From contig DAOORA010000016.1 in assembly GCA_035389045.1 (NCBI GenBank), positions 1 to 64,000 on the forward strand: 64,000 nt of DNA, in the 5' to 3' direction. The translations under genes were made by a program, and so were the position numbers. The stretch is from Bacteroidales bacterium (lineage in GTDB: Bacteria; Bacteroidota; Bacteroidia; Bacteroidales; CAIWKO01). Positions 9,294 through 20,259 of this stretch are shown piece by piece. The notes beneath the pieces are model-generated. The model did not search any database, was not told where the DNA came from, and worked only from the letters and a program-made list of their open reading frames with translations. Position 1 is the first letter of the stretch. Each line of letters starts with the position of its first letter.

Positions 9294-11036
9294 TTACAGT
9301 TTAATGATTGGTGTTATGCAGGAGTTTACTTCACCAGATCCAATTACTGCAAAATAATAACCGGGCTTTAGAGCAGAAAGATCTAATTCGACAGTGCACC
9401 TATGGACAGTAAGGTCAGAAAAACTATATGACTGTACCGTTCTTCCCGTGATGTCATTAATTTCTATCGTTGCTTTTCCTGAAGAGGAATTGTTCCAGCT
9501 CAAATTCAGTTTGGTTTTCACGGGATTGGGAAAAGCTGATATCTGCATTTCCGGTGCCGTTTCAGGCAGCCCGCTGATCATCTCTCCTGTGTTACCGGTC
9601 CGCCCGTTAGTTCCCTTATACGTTCCCCAGAGGACTTTTTCAGGGCTATAAGGAACATTTAATTCATACACATTGATGTAAACCGAATCGGTACTGCCTC
9701 CAAATGAGTTGGTGTATGACAAAACCACCAGTTCCATCATATTGTCACCGTCAACATCTCCGATATTGACACCGTTCATAAAAGTCCAGCCCCTTGGACG
9801 CAAAGGGAACCCGGCAAGCTGGTTCGGATTGGCGATACTATAGGCATGTACGAAACCGTAACCTGTTGAATCGAGCAGATTGGAGCCAAAGACAAGATCA
9901 AACCCATTATCATTGTTCACATCGGCAACCGAAATAAATCCTTCGAGCCCGCCCGGTTTAACAATGGGAAACCCGGCAAGCAGGCTGCCGCCGGCGACCC
10001 AACCGTACAGCATATCATCGGCATCGCTGCCAATGGGACGGCTCATAAAAATATTCCATGCACCGTTGATTTTTACAACTGCCGGCGGCGAATAAGTCCA
10101 GCTGCTGTCAGGCACACCGCAGGGCCATCCGGGATATGAGCCGGCATCATTATTCATCACATAAAACATCGGTGCATCACCGTGAGTAGAACCGACAATT
10201 TCCTTTTGACCGTTATTATCAATGTCGGCAATAACCGGTGATTGATAACTGTATTTCTGAAGCGGATCGGTGACATCGGGAAAACCGTTATGCGGCAAAC
10301 CATTAAGACCGAAAATATAACGTGTTTTGGTTGAATAAGCGACGATTTCTTTTTCACCATCATTATCCACATCGGCTACCGAAGGAGTAACCGCAGGGAT
10401 GCCGTCCAGGGTGACCGGCCAGGCCGTGCTGAACTCGGTTCCGTTGAGTTTCAGAATATGAACTTTCCCTGCAGGCGACATTCGTTCACAAACAACGATC
10501 TCCATGATACTGTCATTATCAAGATCGGCAAGCGCAGGAGCACATATTATCCAGTGGTTGTTGAAATTTACCGGCCAGCCGGTCAGGACATTTCCGTCTT
10601 TGTCAAATACATAAATATGTCCGTTATCGGGACTGCCACCGGTGACCTGAACCACTTCAGGATGTCCGTCGTTATTCATATCTGCGACAGAGGGGGGATA
10701 TATGGCCGTTCCTGATAACGGATGCTGCCATAAAAGCCCGGAATGGGAATAAACATAAAGGGTACTGTTTGCAGCAAAGACAATATCTGATGCGTTATCA
10801 TTATCGATATCGGCAAGCGCCAGTCCCCGCATATTTTTAAACACAGAATTTCCAACCACCGTCACGGGAAAACCCGGCATCTGACTGTACAAAGTCTTGT
10901 CATGTCCGTTTTGCGGCGATTTAACACGGCGTGCCGACATCACCTGGTTATCATTCATATAAGCCTGGTGCCAAGTCTGCGATACTGCAACAAAAGGCAT
11001 AACTGATACTATTAAAACAAAAAATAATGATCGCAT
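9294..11036 (-). CDS. FG-GAP/VCBS-repeat protein with T9SS CTD
   Basis: Repeated P..ADxxNDG..EIV and GWP/GFP units, C-terminal AFPNP. Confidence 0.85.
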   Translation of the reverse strand: MRSLFFVLIVSVMPFVAVSQTWHQAYMNDNQVMSARRVKSPQNGHDKTLYSQMPGFPVTVVGNSVFKNMRGLALADIDNDNASDIVFAANSTLYVYSHSGLLWQHPLSGTAIYPPSVADMNNDGHPEVVQVTGGSPDNGHIYVFDKDGNVLTGWPVNFNNHWIICAPALADLDNDSIMEIVVCERMSPAGKVHILKLNGTEFSTAWPVTLDGIPAVTPSVADVDNDGEKEIVAYSTKTRYIFGLNGLPHNGFPDVTDPLQKYSYQSPVIADIDNNGQKEIVGSTHGDAPMFYVMNNDAGSYPGWPCGVPDSSWTYSPPAVVKINGAWNIFMSRPIGSDADDMLYGWVAGGSLLAGFPIVKPGGLEGFISVADVNNDNGFDLVFGSNLLDSTGYGFVHAYSIANPNQLAGFPLRPRGWTFMNGVNIGDVDGDNMMELVVLSYTNSFGGSTDSVYINVYELNVPYSPEKVLWGTYKGTNGRTGNTGEMISGLPETAPEMQISAFPNPVKTKLNLSWNNSSSGKATIEINDITGRTVQSYSFSDLTVHRCTVELDLSALKPGYYFAVIGSGEVNSCITPIIKL

Positions 11037-11346
11037 GAATTATGTTTTTATAAATATAATAATAAACTTTTTAAATTTTTTCTGTCAGGAAAAAATTATA
11101 TTTCCCCGCACAGCCCGAGCTGTAACTCCTCAAACGTGATTGTAAAGAGTTTCGTGTCCCTGCCCGCCCTGAACGAGGACTGCACAGGCAGGCGGGGAAT
11201 CCGGCCGGATAAAGGAAAACCCATATCATACTTTTTAAATATAAGATATCTCCAACGTATAACAAATCAAACACAGTGATCACCGGAGATCACCAGCAAA
11301 TGATATCAAACGCACATACAGCAGATAAAGGGAAATATTGAAAGGA

Positions 11347-11793
11347 TCAACCGCCGAACATTCCTTTTAATTTATCTAATAAGCCCCCACCCTGCTTGCC
11401 ACCGGTCAACATACCCAGAATGCTCTCCAGATTGAAACTGCTGTCGTTGGGATCGTTGGTTTTGGTGACCAGTTTACCTAACACTATCGGGATCAATGAT
11501 TTTACAATAGTTCCAGCCACATTACCATCCAGGTTGAATTTTTTCATAAGGTCACCGGCAACCCCTGTCGATACAGAATTGACCACAGGATGGTTTTCCA
11601 CATCACCTCCCTTTTCAAAAAGGTTGAGAACACTATCCAGTCCATCCTTGTCAGCAATCCCCTGCAGTTTTTCCATTATCGAATTGGTAGCTGTTTCACA
11701 AACGGCATCATTATTTTCGTTCGGAACATCGGGATTGTTAATAATAGCATCGCCCGCATTTTCTTTTACTAATTTTAATAACTCTTCTAACAT
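11347..11793 (-). CDS. Conserved hypothetical protein (DUF937-like)
   Basis: Helical protein ending GGGLLDKLKGMFG. Confidence 0.6.
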   Translation of the reverse strand: MLEELLKLVKENAGDAIINNPDVPNENNDAVCETATNSIMEKLQGIADKDGLDSVLNLFEKGGDVENHPVVNSVSTGVAGDLMKKFNLDGNVAGTIVKSLIPIVLGKLVTKTNDPNDSSFNLESILGMLTGGKQGGGLLDKLKGMFGG

Positions 11794-11937
11794 AAAAATT
11801 ATTTTTTGGGGTTAATCACACAAATATAACAACAAAAATATGATAAAAAAAATATTTTCGCTTTATTTATTGATTTTTGTAAGAAACCGGTAAAGTTTTA
11901 CTCCGCAGCTTGTGGATAATTTATAGTTTTGCAGAAA

Positions 11938-12495
11938 ATGGGAATCCCTGAGATCATATTAATCGGTGTCGGACTGGCAATGGATTGTTTTGCCGTCTCG
12001 GTTTCATGCAGCCTGGGAAAAAACAAGATCACATCACTACTTGCCTTAAAGATTGCCTTTTCTTTCGGATTTTTCCAGGCACTGATGCCTGTTATTGGTT
12101 GGCTGCTGGGGCTTTCATTCAAAGATATGATAACTGGGTTTGACCACTGGATTGCTTTCGGATTGTTGTGTATCATTGGAATTAAAATGCTGATCGAAGC
12201 TTTCAGAGATGAAGAAAAAAAAGACCTTCAGGTCACCCGGCTGATAGTGCTTCTGAGCTTATCGGTGGCCACCAGCATCGATGCCATGATCGTCGGGATC
12301 AGTTTTGCTGTCCTCGAATTAAATATTTTAGTCACGGTTGGCATTATCGGAATCGTAACCTTTCTGATCTCCCTTGCCGGCATTTATATCGGTAAAAGAT
12401 TTACCTTTATCAGCGCCGGAAAAGCAGAAATAATCGGCGGCATTGTGCTGATAGGAATAGGCTTAAAAATATTGATCGAACATTTGAATCCATAA
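11938..12495 (+). CDS. mntP: Manganese efflux pump MntP
   Basis: Motifs GLAMDCFAVS and ATSIDA. Hydrophobic. Confidence 0.85.
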   Translation: MGIPEIILIGVGLAMDCFAVSVSCSLGKNKITSLLALKIAFSFGFFQALMPVIGWLLGLSFKDMITGFDHWIAFGLLCIIGIKMLIEAFRDEEKKDLQVTRLIVLLSLSVATSIDAMIVGISFAVLELNILVTVGIIGIVTFLISLAGIYIGKRFTFISAGKAEIIGGIVLIGIGLKILIEHLNP

Positions 12496-12497
12496 CT

Positions 12498-12944
12498 ATG
12501 TCAAAAATCAGGCTTACCAAAGAATTCAAGTTTGAAATGGCGCATGCCCTGCTGGGCTATGAGGGCCCCTGCCGTCATATTCACGGGCACTCCTATTATC
12601 TCTATGTAACGGTCACCGGCAGTCCTGTCAGTGATGATCATTCTCCCATAAACGGCATGGTGATGGATTTCGGCGAACTGAAACAACTCGTCAGGGAAGA
12701 AATCGTTGATCAACTCGACCACGCCCTGGTGCTTTATGACAAAACTCCGGAAACCCTGCTTCAATCGTTAAAAGAAATGAACAACCTGGTGCTGATGCCT
12801 TACCAGCCCACCTGCGAGAACATGCTGGAGGACTTTGCTGCACGTCTTCAGAAAAAATTGCCTCCAAATCTGAAACTTTTCAGTCTGAAGTTATGCGAAA
12901 CTGTTACTTCATCGGCTGAATGGTATGCAGAAGATAACGCTTAG
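12498..12944 (+). CDS. queD: 6-carboxytetrahydropterin synthase
   Basis: Motifs FEMAH, C..IHGHSY, MDF, PTCEN. Confidence 0.9.
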   Translation: MSKIRLTKEFKFEMAHALLGYEGPCRHIHGHSYYLYVTVTGSPVSDDHSPINGMVMDFGELKQLVREEIVDQLDHALVLYDKTPETLLQSLKEMNNLVLMPYQPTCENMLEDFAARLQKKLPPNLKLFSLKLCETVTSSAEWYAEDNA

Positions 12945-13210
12945 TATTAAACCGTACCACAAAATATCTATACCACCCGATCAACATTCTTTGATTTTGC
13001 ATCCTTACTGACTTTCAGACCTGACTGGCGCCTTTTGTATGCAATAAAAACCCTGCTCTAACAAGAACCAAACATTAAGGCTTGAATATAGATAGACAGC
13101 TTTTTATTCTATGGATTCCTCATCCCGTTAAACCTTTTACTTTTTTACGAAAAATAGAAATTTTTTAAAAAATATATTATCTTTGAGAAGAGAAATCTTA
13201 TAAAAAAATT

Positions 13211-13912
13211 ATGAGAAATAATATAATATGTTACGGCAACCTTGTCAAGGTTGAAAATCTTTGGTGCCTCAGCGAACTTGGCATACCGCAAACCTGCCTG
13301 CTCGAGTCACTCGACGCTTTTCCCGGATATTATGGAGATGCGCCGAAAATAAATGTCCCGAAGTTTGTTTATATTATGCTGGGTGAAAAATACTCATTAG
13401 AGCAAATAACAAGGGTTTCACAAAAAGTCAAAGAAAGCTACACACATGATTTTGATGCCGCCTTTTGCGAGATTTCAATGCGGACACAAACCTGCTGTGC
13501 TATCCGCATTTCAAATATTAATGATTATTCCCTGATAAAATCGTTGCAGGAAACATACAGGGATAACGGAATGGTGCTAAAGAAAAAAATCAAAAACATT
13601 GAAAACAAACCGGCACTGATAAATATCCGAAAGTTTTTCAGGCTGCAACCATTTCCGGGCGGTGTATATATCGACACAGAACGTCCGGATATTTCCTATT
13701 TCGCCATCCCCGCGGAAATAAGCTGGGACGAATTGAAACAACATATTGACCTGCTCAGGAATAACTGGAACGGAAAAAGTTTTGATGCCGCCAAGGCATT
13801 CATATACAAGGATACCGGCATTACCGACCTGATCAGAATCTTCAGCAAAGAAAACAATGAATCCTTTACCCGCAGCATTCGTGACAAATACTACGAATTA
13901 ATAAAGGTTTAA
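13211..13912 (+). CDS. Hypothetical protein
   Basis: 233-aa ORF with an upstream TATCTTTG promoter-like box. Confidence 0.7.
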   Translation: MRNNIICYGNLVKVENLWCLSELGIPQTCLLESLDAFPGYYGDAPKINVPKFVYIMLGEKYSLEQITRVSQKVKESYTHDFDAAFCEISMRTQTCCAIRISNINDYSLIKSLQETYRDNGMVLKKKIKNIENKPALINIRKFFRLQPFPGGVYIDTERPDISYFAIPAEISWDELKQHIDLLRNNWNGKSFDAAKAFIYKDTGITDLIRIFSKENNESFTRSIRDKYYELIKV

Positions 13913-14104
13913 CGGCATTCCGCATAAAAACTGCGGCTTTGTTTAAGAAATTGTTTTGATTTTATCTTTTCATATCTTTATGCGTCTTTTTGGCTGCAAC
14001 TTCGTTAGATTTTTCGACATAGGATAAACTATGTCTGCAAAATCTGCCTCGTTTCGCTAAAAAATCCATCATAAATCTTATGTAACATAAAATCAAAACA
14101 GTTT

Positions 14105-15775
14105 CTAAGACAATCCAACAATATTGCCGTTGTCGTCAATATCAATATTTTCTGCCGAGGGTATTTCCGGCAGCCCGGGCATACGCATTATTTCCCCGGT
14201 AATAGGAATAATAAATCCGGCGCCTGCCGCCATCTCAATCTCCCTTACTGTAACCACAAAATCCTTTGGCCTTCCGAGCAGATCCGGATTATCCGATAAT
14301 GATTTCTGCGTTTTGGCAATACAGACCGCCAATTTATCCAGGCCAAGGCTGTATACTTTCTCCAGGTCTTTTTTGGCTTTTGGGGTATAGTCAACATGTT
14401 CGGCGCCATAGATCTTTTTACATATCGTTTCAATCTTTTTTTCAACCGACCAGTCAAGTTCATATAACGGCTTATACTTTGCTGTACACATATCCGCTAC
14501 TCTGGCCACTGTTTCAGCCAGTACGGTGGCTCCCGCCCCTCCTTCACCCCATACATTTACCACACAGGCCGGGACACCCAGTTCTTCACAGCGTTTTTTC
14601 ACGATATCTATCTCCTCATCCGTATCGCTTGCAAACCTGTTAATAGCAATAACAGGGCACAGGTTGAACAGCTTCATATTTTCGACATGCTTCTCCAGGT
14701 TGGGCAAACCTTTTTGTACAAGGCCGGTATCGGGTTCTTTTAATTTTTTAAGGTCGCCACCACCATGATATTTCAGTGCGCGGATGGTAGCCACCAATAC
14801 GACAGCTTCCGGATCCAGGCCTGAATAGCGGCATTTGATATCCAGAAATTTTTCGGCTCCGAGGTCAAATCCAAAACCAGCTTCGGTAACCACATAATCC
14901 GACAACGATAATCCCATACGTGTGGCAATTACTGAATTGGTCCCCTGGGCAATATTGGCAAAAGGCCCGCCGTGGATGATGGCAGGTGTGTTTTCAATAG
15001 TCTGCACCAGGTTGGGAAGTATGGCATCTTTGAGCAGGGCGGCCATAGCGCCGTTGGCTTTCAGATCGCGGGCATAAACAGGTTTTTTGTCGTAGGTATA
15101 TCCCACAAAAATGTTCCCCATTTTTTCTTTACAATGCAGCAAATTATCCGAAAGGCACAGTATCGCCATTATTTCGGATGCGGCGGTAATATCAACGCCT
15201 GTTTCACGGGGCACACCGGACATGGTGCCTCCCAGGCCCACAATGATCTTTCGCAACGAACGGTCGTTCATATCCATCACGCGCTTCCATAAAACGGTTC
15301 GCGGGTCAATAAAAAGGTTATTCCTTTTATTTTGTATATTATTGTCGATAATAGCCGCAAGCAGATTATGTGCCTTTTCAATAGCACCGAAATCGCCCGT
15401 AAAATGCAGGTTGATATCTTCCATAGGAAGCACCTGCGAATACCCCCCTCCGGCAGCACCTCCCTTTACGCCGAATACCGGCCCCATAGAAGGCTCACGC
15501 AACACCACCGTGGTTTTTCTACCGATACGGTTCAACCCCTGTGCCAGACCGATAGAAACCGTGGTCTTCCCCTCACCGGCAGGCGTCGGAGATATGGCTG
15601 AAACCAGGATCAGCTTACTGCTTTTGACTTTTTGGGGATTAATATATTTCAGCGGTAGTTTCGCTTTATATTTTCCATAATATTGAAGATCGTCTTCTGC
15701 GATCCCAAGCTGTGATGCAATCTCACGGATATGCAGCATTTTGGCTTCGTGGGCAATTTCGATGTCGGATTTCAT
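14105..15775 (-). CDS. fhs: Formate--tetrahydrofolate ligase
   Basis: Motifs PTPAGEGKTT, KGGAAGGG, HGGPFANIA, MPGLP. Confidence 0.97.
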   Translation of the reverse strand: MKSDIEIAHEAKMLHIREIASQLGIAEDDLQYYGKYKAKLPLKYINPQKVKSSKLILVSAISPTPAGEGKTTVSIGLAQGLNRIGRKTTVVLREPSMGPVFGVKGGAAGGGYSQVLPMEDINLHFTGDFGAIEKAHNLLAAIIDNNIQNKRNNLFIDPRTVLWKRVMDMNDRSLRKIIVGLGGTMSGVPRETGVDITAASEIMAILCLSDNLLHCKEKMGNIFVGYTYDKKPVYARDLKANGAMAALLKDAILPNLVQTIENTPAIIHGGPFANIAQGTNSVIATRMGLSLSDYVVTEAGFGFDLGAEKFLDIKCRYSGLDPEAVVLVATIRALKYHGGGDLKKLKEPDTGLVQKGLPNLEKHVENMKLFNLCPVIAINRFASDTDEEIDIVKKRCEELGVPACVVNVWGEGGAGATVLAETVARVADMCTAKYKPLYELDWSVEKKIETICKKIYGAEHVDYTPKAKKDLEKVYSLGLDKLAVCIAKTQKSLSDNPDLLGRPKDFVVTVREIEMAAGAGFIIPITGEIMRMPGLPEIPSAENIDIDDNGNIVGLS

Positions 15776-16368
15776 AATGTGTGTGTTTTATACCGGATAA
15801 AATTAGTCATTTTTTATATATGAAAAGTTTTAAAAGTAAGCCAGGTGATTTCTTTTTTGGAGGTGTTATTAGAAAAAATGGAGGGGGATGAGTCAAGAAA
15901 AATAACAGCGTTTTATTCAATCACACCATGGGAAATAATTGTCAAAAGGGGCTGCGCACCGAAATATTTGTAAGCAAAGTTACACCTTAAAAAAGCAAGG
16001 TGCACCGCACCGTAACATAGTTTTTATTCCACTCCCACAATTATAAATGTTCAGACTTGGCCCAAATGTTAATAATCGGAATGACATAGGGTTTGTTATT
16101 GGGGAGGGAGGAATCTTTTTTAATTCATGAGACAAAATAAAACATTCTGAATAATAAGTATATAACAACCGCATACAATTTATTTATGATATTTACTATG
16201 GGGTAAATAGTTACAAAATATCAAATCACTCTGCTTTTCAAAAGAATTGCATAGAATTTTGATTTTACACTTAAACGAAACACCTCAAAAAATGATTTAG
16301 CCTTATATCACAGCCGGAGTGAATTAAAAAATATTATGTAGGTTTGCACTAAAATACCTCGACACCCC

Positions 16369-17241
16369 ATGAAAGTCAGCGGATTTACTTTTATTAAAAA
16401 TGCCCTGATCTACGATTACCCGGTGGTAGAAGCCATTCGCTCCGTGTTGCCTTTATGCGATGTTTTTGTAGTGGCGGTCGGTAAATCTGATGACAACACC
16501 TGTCAACTGATCAACAATATTGATAAAAGCAAAATAAAAATAATTGAAACCGTTTGGGACGAAACCCTGCGTGAAGGCGGCAAAGTACTTGCCCGTGAAA
16601 CCGACAAAGCTTTTGCAGAAATACCAGGCGATTCGGACTGGGCTTTCTATATCCAGGGAGATGAAGTGATCCATGAAAAATACTATGATATGATCCGTCA
16701 GGGTTTACAGAAATATAAAGATCAGCAGCAAGTGGACGGACTATTGTTTAAATACAAACATTTTTATGGTTCATACGATTATGTGGGAGCTTCGCCAAGG
16801 TGGTACCGTAACGAAGTGCGCATTATCAGAAACGACAGAACGATATATTCGTTCCGAGACGCCCAGGGATTTCGCAAAGGCGACAACCAGTTGCTGCGGG
16901 TAAAGCCCCTGGACGCATATATCTATCATTACGGCTGGGTAAAAGAGCCTGTGGCCATGCAGCGCAAACAGGAAAACTTCAATAAACTATGGCACGACGA
17001 TAACTGGATAGAACGTCATATTGAAAAAACAGAAAAATTCGATTATTCGAAAAACCCTGATTATCTGGTTCCCTTTACAGAAACCCATCCCCGGGTGATG
17101 GAAGACCGGATCAATGCAAAAAACTGGAAATTTGAGTACGATCCAGCTTATGACCACCGCACATTCAAAAGTAAGGTGAAAGACATGCTTGAAAAGTATC
17201 TCGGCCTTGATTTCAGTTATAAGAATTATCGAATAATATAG
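16369..17241 (+). CDS. Glycosyltransferase family 2 protein
   Basis: Motifs YDYPVVEAIRS, QGDE, YHYGWV. Confidence 0.8.
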   Translation: MKVSGFTFIKNALIYDYPVVEAIRSVLPLCDVFVVAVGKSDDNTCQLINNIDKSKIKIIETVWDETLREGGKVLARETDKAFAEIPGDSDWAFYIQGDEVIHEKYYDMIRQGLQKYKDQQQVDGLLFKYKHFYGSYDYVGASPRWYRNEVRIIRNDRTIYSFRDAQGFRKGDNQLLRVKPLDAYIYHYGWVKEPVAMQRKQENFNKLWHDDNWIERHIEKTEKFDYSKNPDYLVPFTETHPRVMEDRINAKNWKFEYDPAYDHRTFKSKVKDMLEKYLGLDFSYKNYRII

Positions 17242-17311
17242 ACCGGTATTCTACGGGATGTCAACAAAATAAATCCTGCTCAGGTCAATATCATCAAAGG
17301 CACCCTGAATC

Positions 17312-18586
17312 TCAAATGATCATCCCCGCCCCAACCGTTTCGTTAGTCAATTCATCAATCAGAATAATACTGCCGGTAATCCGGTTATTTTGGAACTTAT
17401 CAAAAACCAGGGGCTGTGTGGCGCTTAATGCCACCCTTGCAATATCATTCTGCCCTGCTTCGGTAATCCCTGCAATCGGACTGAGGGTGTTTACATCAAC
17501 TTTATACCTTATTTCTTTCACATAACACTGGGTTTCGCAGGTAGTGTGTTTTATAATATATTTATTGTCCGGAAGCAGTTTTTTACTGTTTAACCAACAG
17601 AGCATCACATCAAAGTCCCGGCTGATGAAGGGCAGGTTGTCTTCACCAGCAATCATATCACCCCTGCATATTTCAACATCATCAGTAAAAATAATCCGGA
17701 CCGACATAGGTGGGAAAGCCTGCTCAACAGGCCCGTCAAATGAATCGATCGACATGATGGTTGTGTGCAGTTGCGCAGGTAGAATAACCACGTGATCTCC
17801 AGGCTTGAAAATACCGCCAGCAACGGTACCTGCACATCCCATATTAGACGTATGACCGGTTTCAGTGTCCTGAACCACATGCTGAACAGGAAACCGCTGG
17901 TCGTTCAGGTTCTCATCTCCGGATAGAGGAATCGTTTCCAGTAAATTCAACAGTGTCAATCCTTTGTACCACGGCATTTTGCCGGAACGCCTGACCACAT
18001 TGTCGCCATAAAGGGCACATACCGGTATGAACAATACATCCGTATAATCAAGTTTGAATAAAAAGTTATTAAAATTTGATTTTATCAGTTCAAAAATATC
18101 TTCACGGTAATCCACCAGGTCCATCTTGTTGACACAAACCACCAAATGCTTTATTCCCAACAGGGATGAAATATAAGTATGCCGGTGTGTTTGCTCGACA
18201 ACCCCTTTTCGGGCATCAATCAGTATCAGTACAAAATCGGCATTGGATGCTCCTGTAATCATATTGCGGGTATACTGAATATGTCCGGGGGTGTCAGCAA
18301 TAATAAATTTTCGCTTTGCAGTAAGAAAATAACGATAAGCAACATCGATCGTTATACCCTGCTCACGTTCGGCACGCAAACTATCAGTGAGCAGGGATAA
18401 GTTTATCTGGTCATCTCCAGGCGTTTCACCCGGGCTGCTGATGGCTTCCAGCTGTTCCTCATATACCGAACCTGAATCATATAATAAGCGGCCGATCAGG
18501 GTGCTTTTCCCGTCATCAACACTGCCGACAGCGGCAAACCTGAGAAGCTCCCTGCCCAAATAATTATCAGTTGTTTTCGCAGCCAT
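17312..18586 (-). CDS. cysN: Sulfate adenylyltransferase subunit 1 (no fused APS kinase)
   Basis: Motifs GSVDDGKST, REQGITID, DTPGH, NKMD, TVGAGMI. Confidence 0.95.
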   Translation of the reverse strand: MAAKTTDNYLGRELLRFAAVGSVDDGKSTLIGRLLYDSGSVYEEQLEAISSPGETPGDDQINLSLLTDSLRAEREQGITIDVAYRYFLTAKRKFIIADTPGHIQYTRNMITGASNADFVLILIDARKGVVEQTHRHTYISSLLGIKHLVVCVNKMDLVDYREDIFELIKSNFNNFLFKLDYTDVLFIPVCALYGDNVVRRSGKMPWYKGLTLLNLLETIPLSGDENLNDQRFPVQHVVQDTETGHTSNMGCAGTVAGGIFKPGDHVVILPAQLHTTIMSIDSFDGPVEQAFPPMSVRIIFTDDVEICRGDMIAGEDNLPFISRDFDVMLCWLNSKKLLPDNKYIIKHTTCETQCYVKEIRYKVDVNTLSPIAGITEAGQNDIARVALSATQPLVFDKFQNNRITGSIILIDELTNETVGAGMII

Positions 18587-18597
18587 TACATAATTTT

Positions 18598-19500
18598 TTA
18601 AAAGTATCCTGTAGTTTTCCGTTCTTCCATAGAGGTGTCCGAACGTCTGTCATCCAGGCGGCTGCTTCGTTCTGCTTTTTGAGAAACAGCCATTTCATCA
18701 ATTATTTCTTTTACCGTGCCGGCAGTAGATAGCATTGCCCCGCTGCATGTCATATCGCCGAAAGTGCGAAAACGCACTCTTAAATTCTGGACTTTTTCCC
18801 CTGTTTTCAATTTAATAAAATCTGAATAGGTATAAATCATCCCGTTACGGATAAAACAATCGCGGTTGTGCGAAAAGTATAAAGGCGATATCTCAAGATT
18901 TTCGAGTAAAATATAATGCCAGATATCCATTTCTGTCCAGTTGTTCAATGGAAACACCCTGAAGTGTTCGCCCGGTTTTTTCCGGCCATTATAAATACGC
19001 CATAATTCCGGCCGCTGATTTCTGGGATCCCAACGTCCGGCTTTATCACGAAACGAAAAAAACCTCTCTTTGGCCCGCGACTTGTCTTCGTCACGGCGTG
19101 CTCCTCCTATGGCTGCATCAATGCTATTTTTCGTGATGGCATCCATCAGCGTAACACTCTGAAGAACATTCCGGCTGGCACAATAACCCGATTCTTCAAG
19201 CGCCCTGCCTGAATCTATACTTTCCTGAACATAAGCTACCATGAGCTTTAATTCCAGTTTTTTCATCATCGCATCACGGAATGCGTTGGTTTCCGGAAAA
19301 TTATGACCGGTATCAATATGAAGCAGGGTAAAAGGAATTTTTTCCGGCCAGAAAGCTTTTCGCGCAAGATGCAACAAAACCACGGAATCTTTTCCGCCTG
19401 AAAAAAGCACAACAGCATTAATAAACTGGGCAGCAGCCTCACGGATCACATATACAGATTCGGATTCAAGCAGTTTTATATGGTTCAGATGATGTTGCAT
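18598..19500 (-). CDS. cysD: Sulfate adenylyltransferase subunit 2
   Basis: Motifs FSGGKDS, GARRDE, NQRPELW, C-terminal GYF. Confidence 0.95.
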   Translation of the reverse strand: MQHHLNHIKLLESESVYVIREAAAQFINAVVLFSGGKDSVVLLHLARKAFWPEKIPFTLLHIDTGHNFPETNAFRDAMMKKLELKLMVAYVQESIDSGRALEESGYCASRNVLQSVTLMDAITKNSIDAAIGGARRDEDKSRAKERFFSFRDKAGRWDPRNQRPELWRIYNGRKKPGEHFRVFPLNNWTEMDIWHYILLENLEISPLYFSHNRDCFIRNGMIYTYSDFIKLKTGEKVQNLRVRFRTFGDMTCSGAMLSTAGTVKEIIDEMAVSQKAERSSRLDDRRSDTSMEERKTTGYF

Positions 19501-19669
19501 TTTGAATGATAACAGATAAATACTCCGAAATCTCAGGGCGCCGGTTCTTGTATTATTTTTTACGCCTGTTTTTTATGAAAAATTGTTCATTAACCAAACT
19601 TCAAAGGTAATATTTTTTTAATTTTGCATGTTTAATTTAATGTTGAAAACTTAAGAATACTCAGAATTA

Positions 19670-20203
19670 ATGAAACTGCGGCAAATAATTAATCTTTCCC
19701 TATTAATTTATTTTACTCTTTTTATCTTTTCATGCGATATGGCAAAAAAACGGAAAACCGGTAAGACCAAAGAAGATATTGCAAATAATGCTGTTTCGGG
19801 CGATCAGCAGATGCTTCCCGGTCCGCCCATAATTATTTATAAAACGACAAAGGATTACTTCAAAAATGTTCCGGTGACTTTATCCGGCGACAAAACACTG
19901 ATCGTATCGTATCCAGATAAAAAAGATGTCTATTACGAGGGGGAGCTTGCCTATCCTACCCTGCTCTATGGCGGGTATCTTCTGGATAACCGAGGCATTG
20001 GCCCGAATTCAGCATTCTTAAAATTCACCTATGAAGAGTACAGCCGGCTGAATGAGACGCCGTCGACGGATGTGTTGATCGAATTAGTACAAGACAAGGA
20101 TCCTTTTATTGAAATGTATCTATTATCCTGTAAAAGAGATACTTCGGATATCAACAGCCTGATAAAATCGGGATTGAAAAAAAATTGTAAAAAAATAAAA
20201 TAA
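19670..20203 (+). CDS. Hypothetical lipoprotein
   Basis: Lipobox-like IFSC and GYLLDNRGI motif. Confidence 0.65.
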   Translation: MKLRQIINLSLLIYFTLFIFSCDMAKKRKTGKTKEDIANNAVSGDQQMLPGPPIIIYKTTKDYFKNVPVTLSGDKTLIVSYPDKKDVYYEGELAYPTLLYGGYLLDNRGIGPNSAFLKFTYEEYSRLNETPSTDVLIELVQDKDPFIEMYLLSCKRDTSDINSLIKSGLKKNCKKIK

Positions 20204-20259
20204 ACCCAATACTCATCCGTTATATATCGTATTTTTGCAAAGTTTAAAACTAAAATCAA

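Noticed and set aside
15776..16368. Folate/ZTP riboswitch or small ORF (15980..16174) upstream of fhs
   Set aside because: No consensus is recognisable by eye and the ORF has no supporting features.
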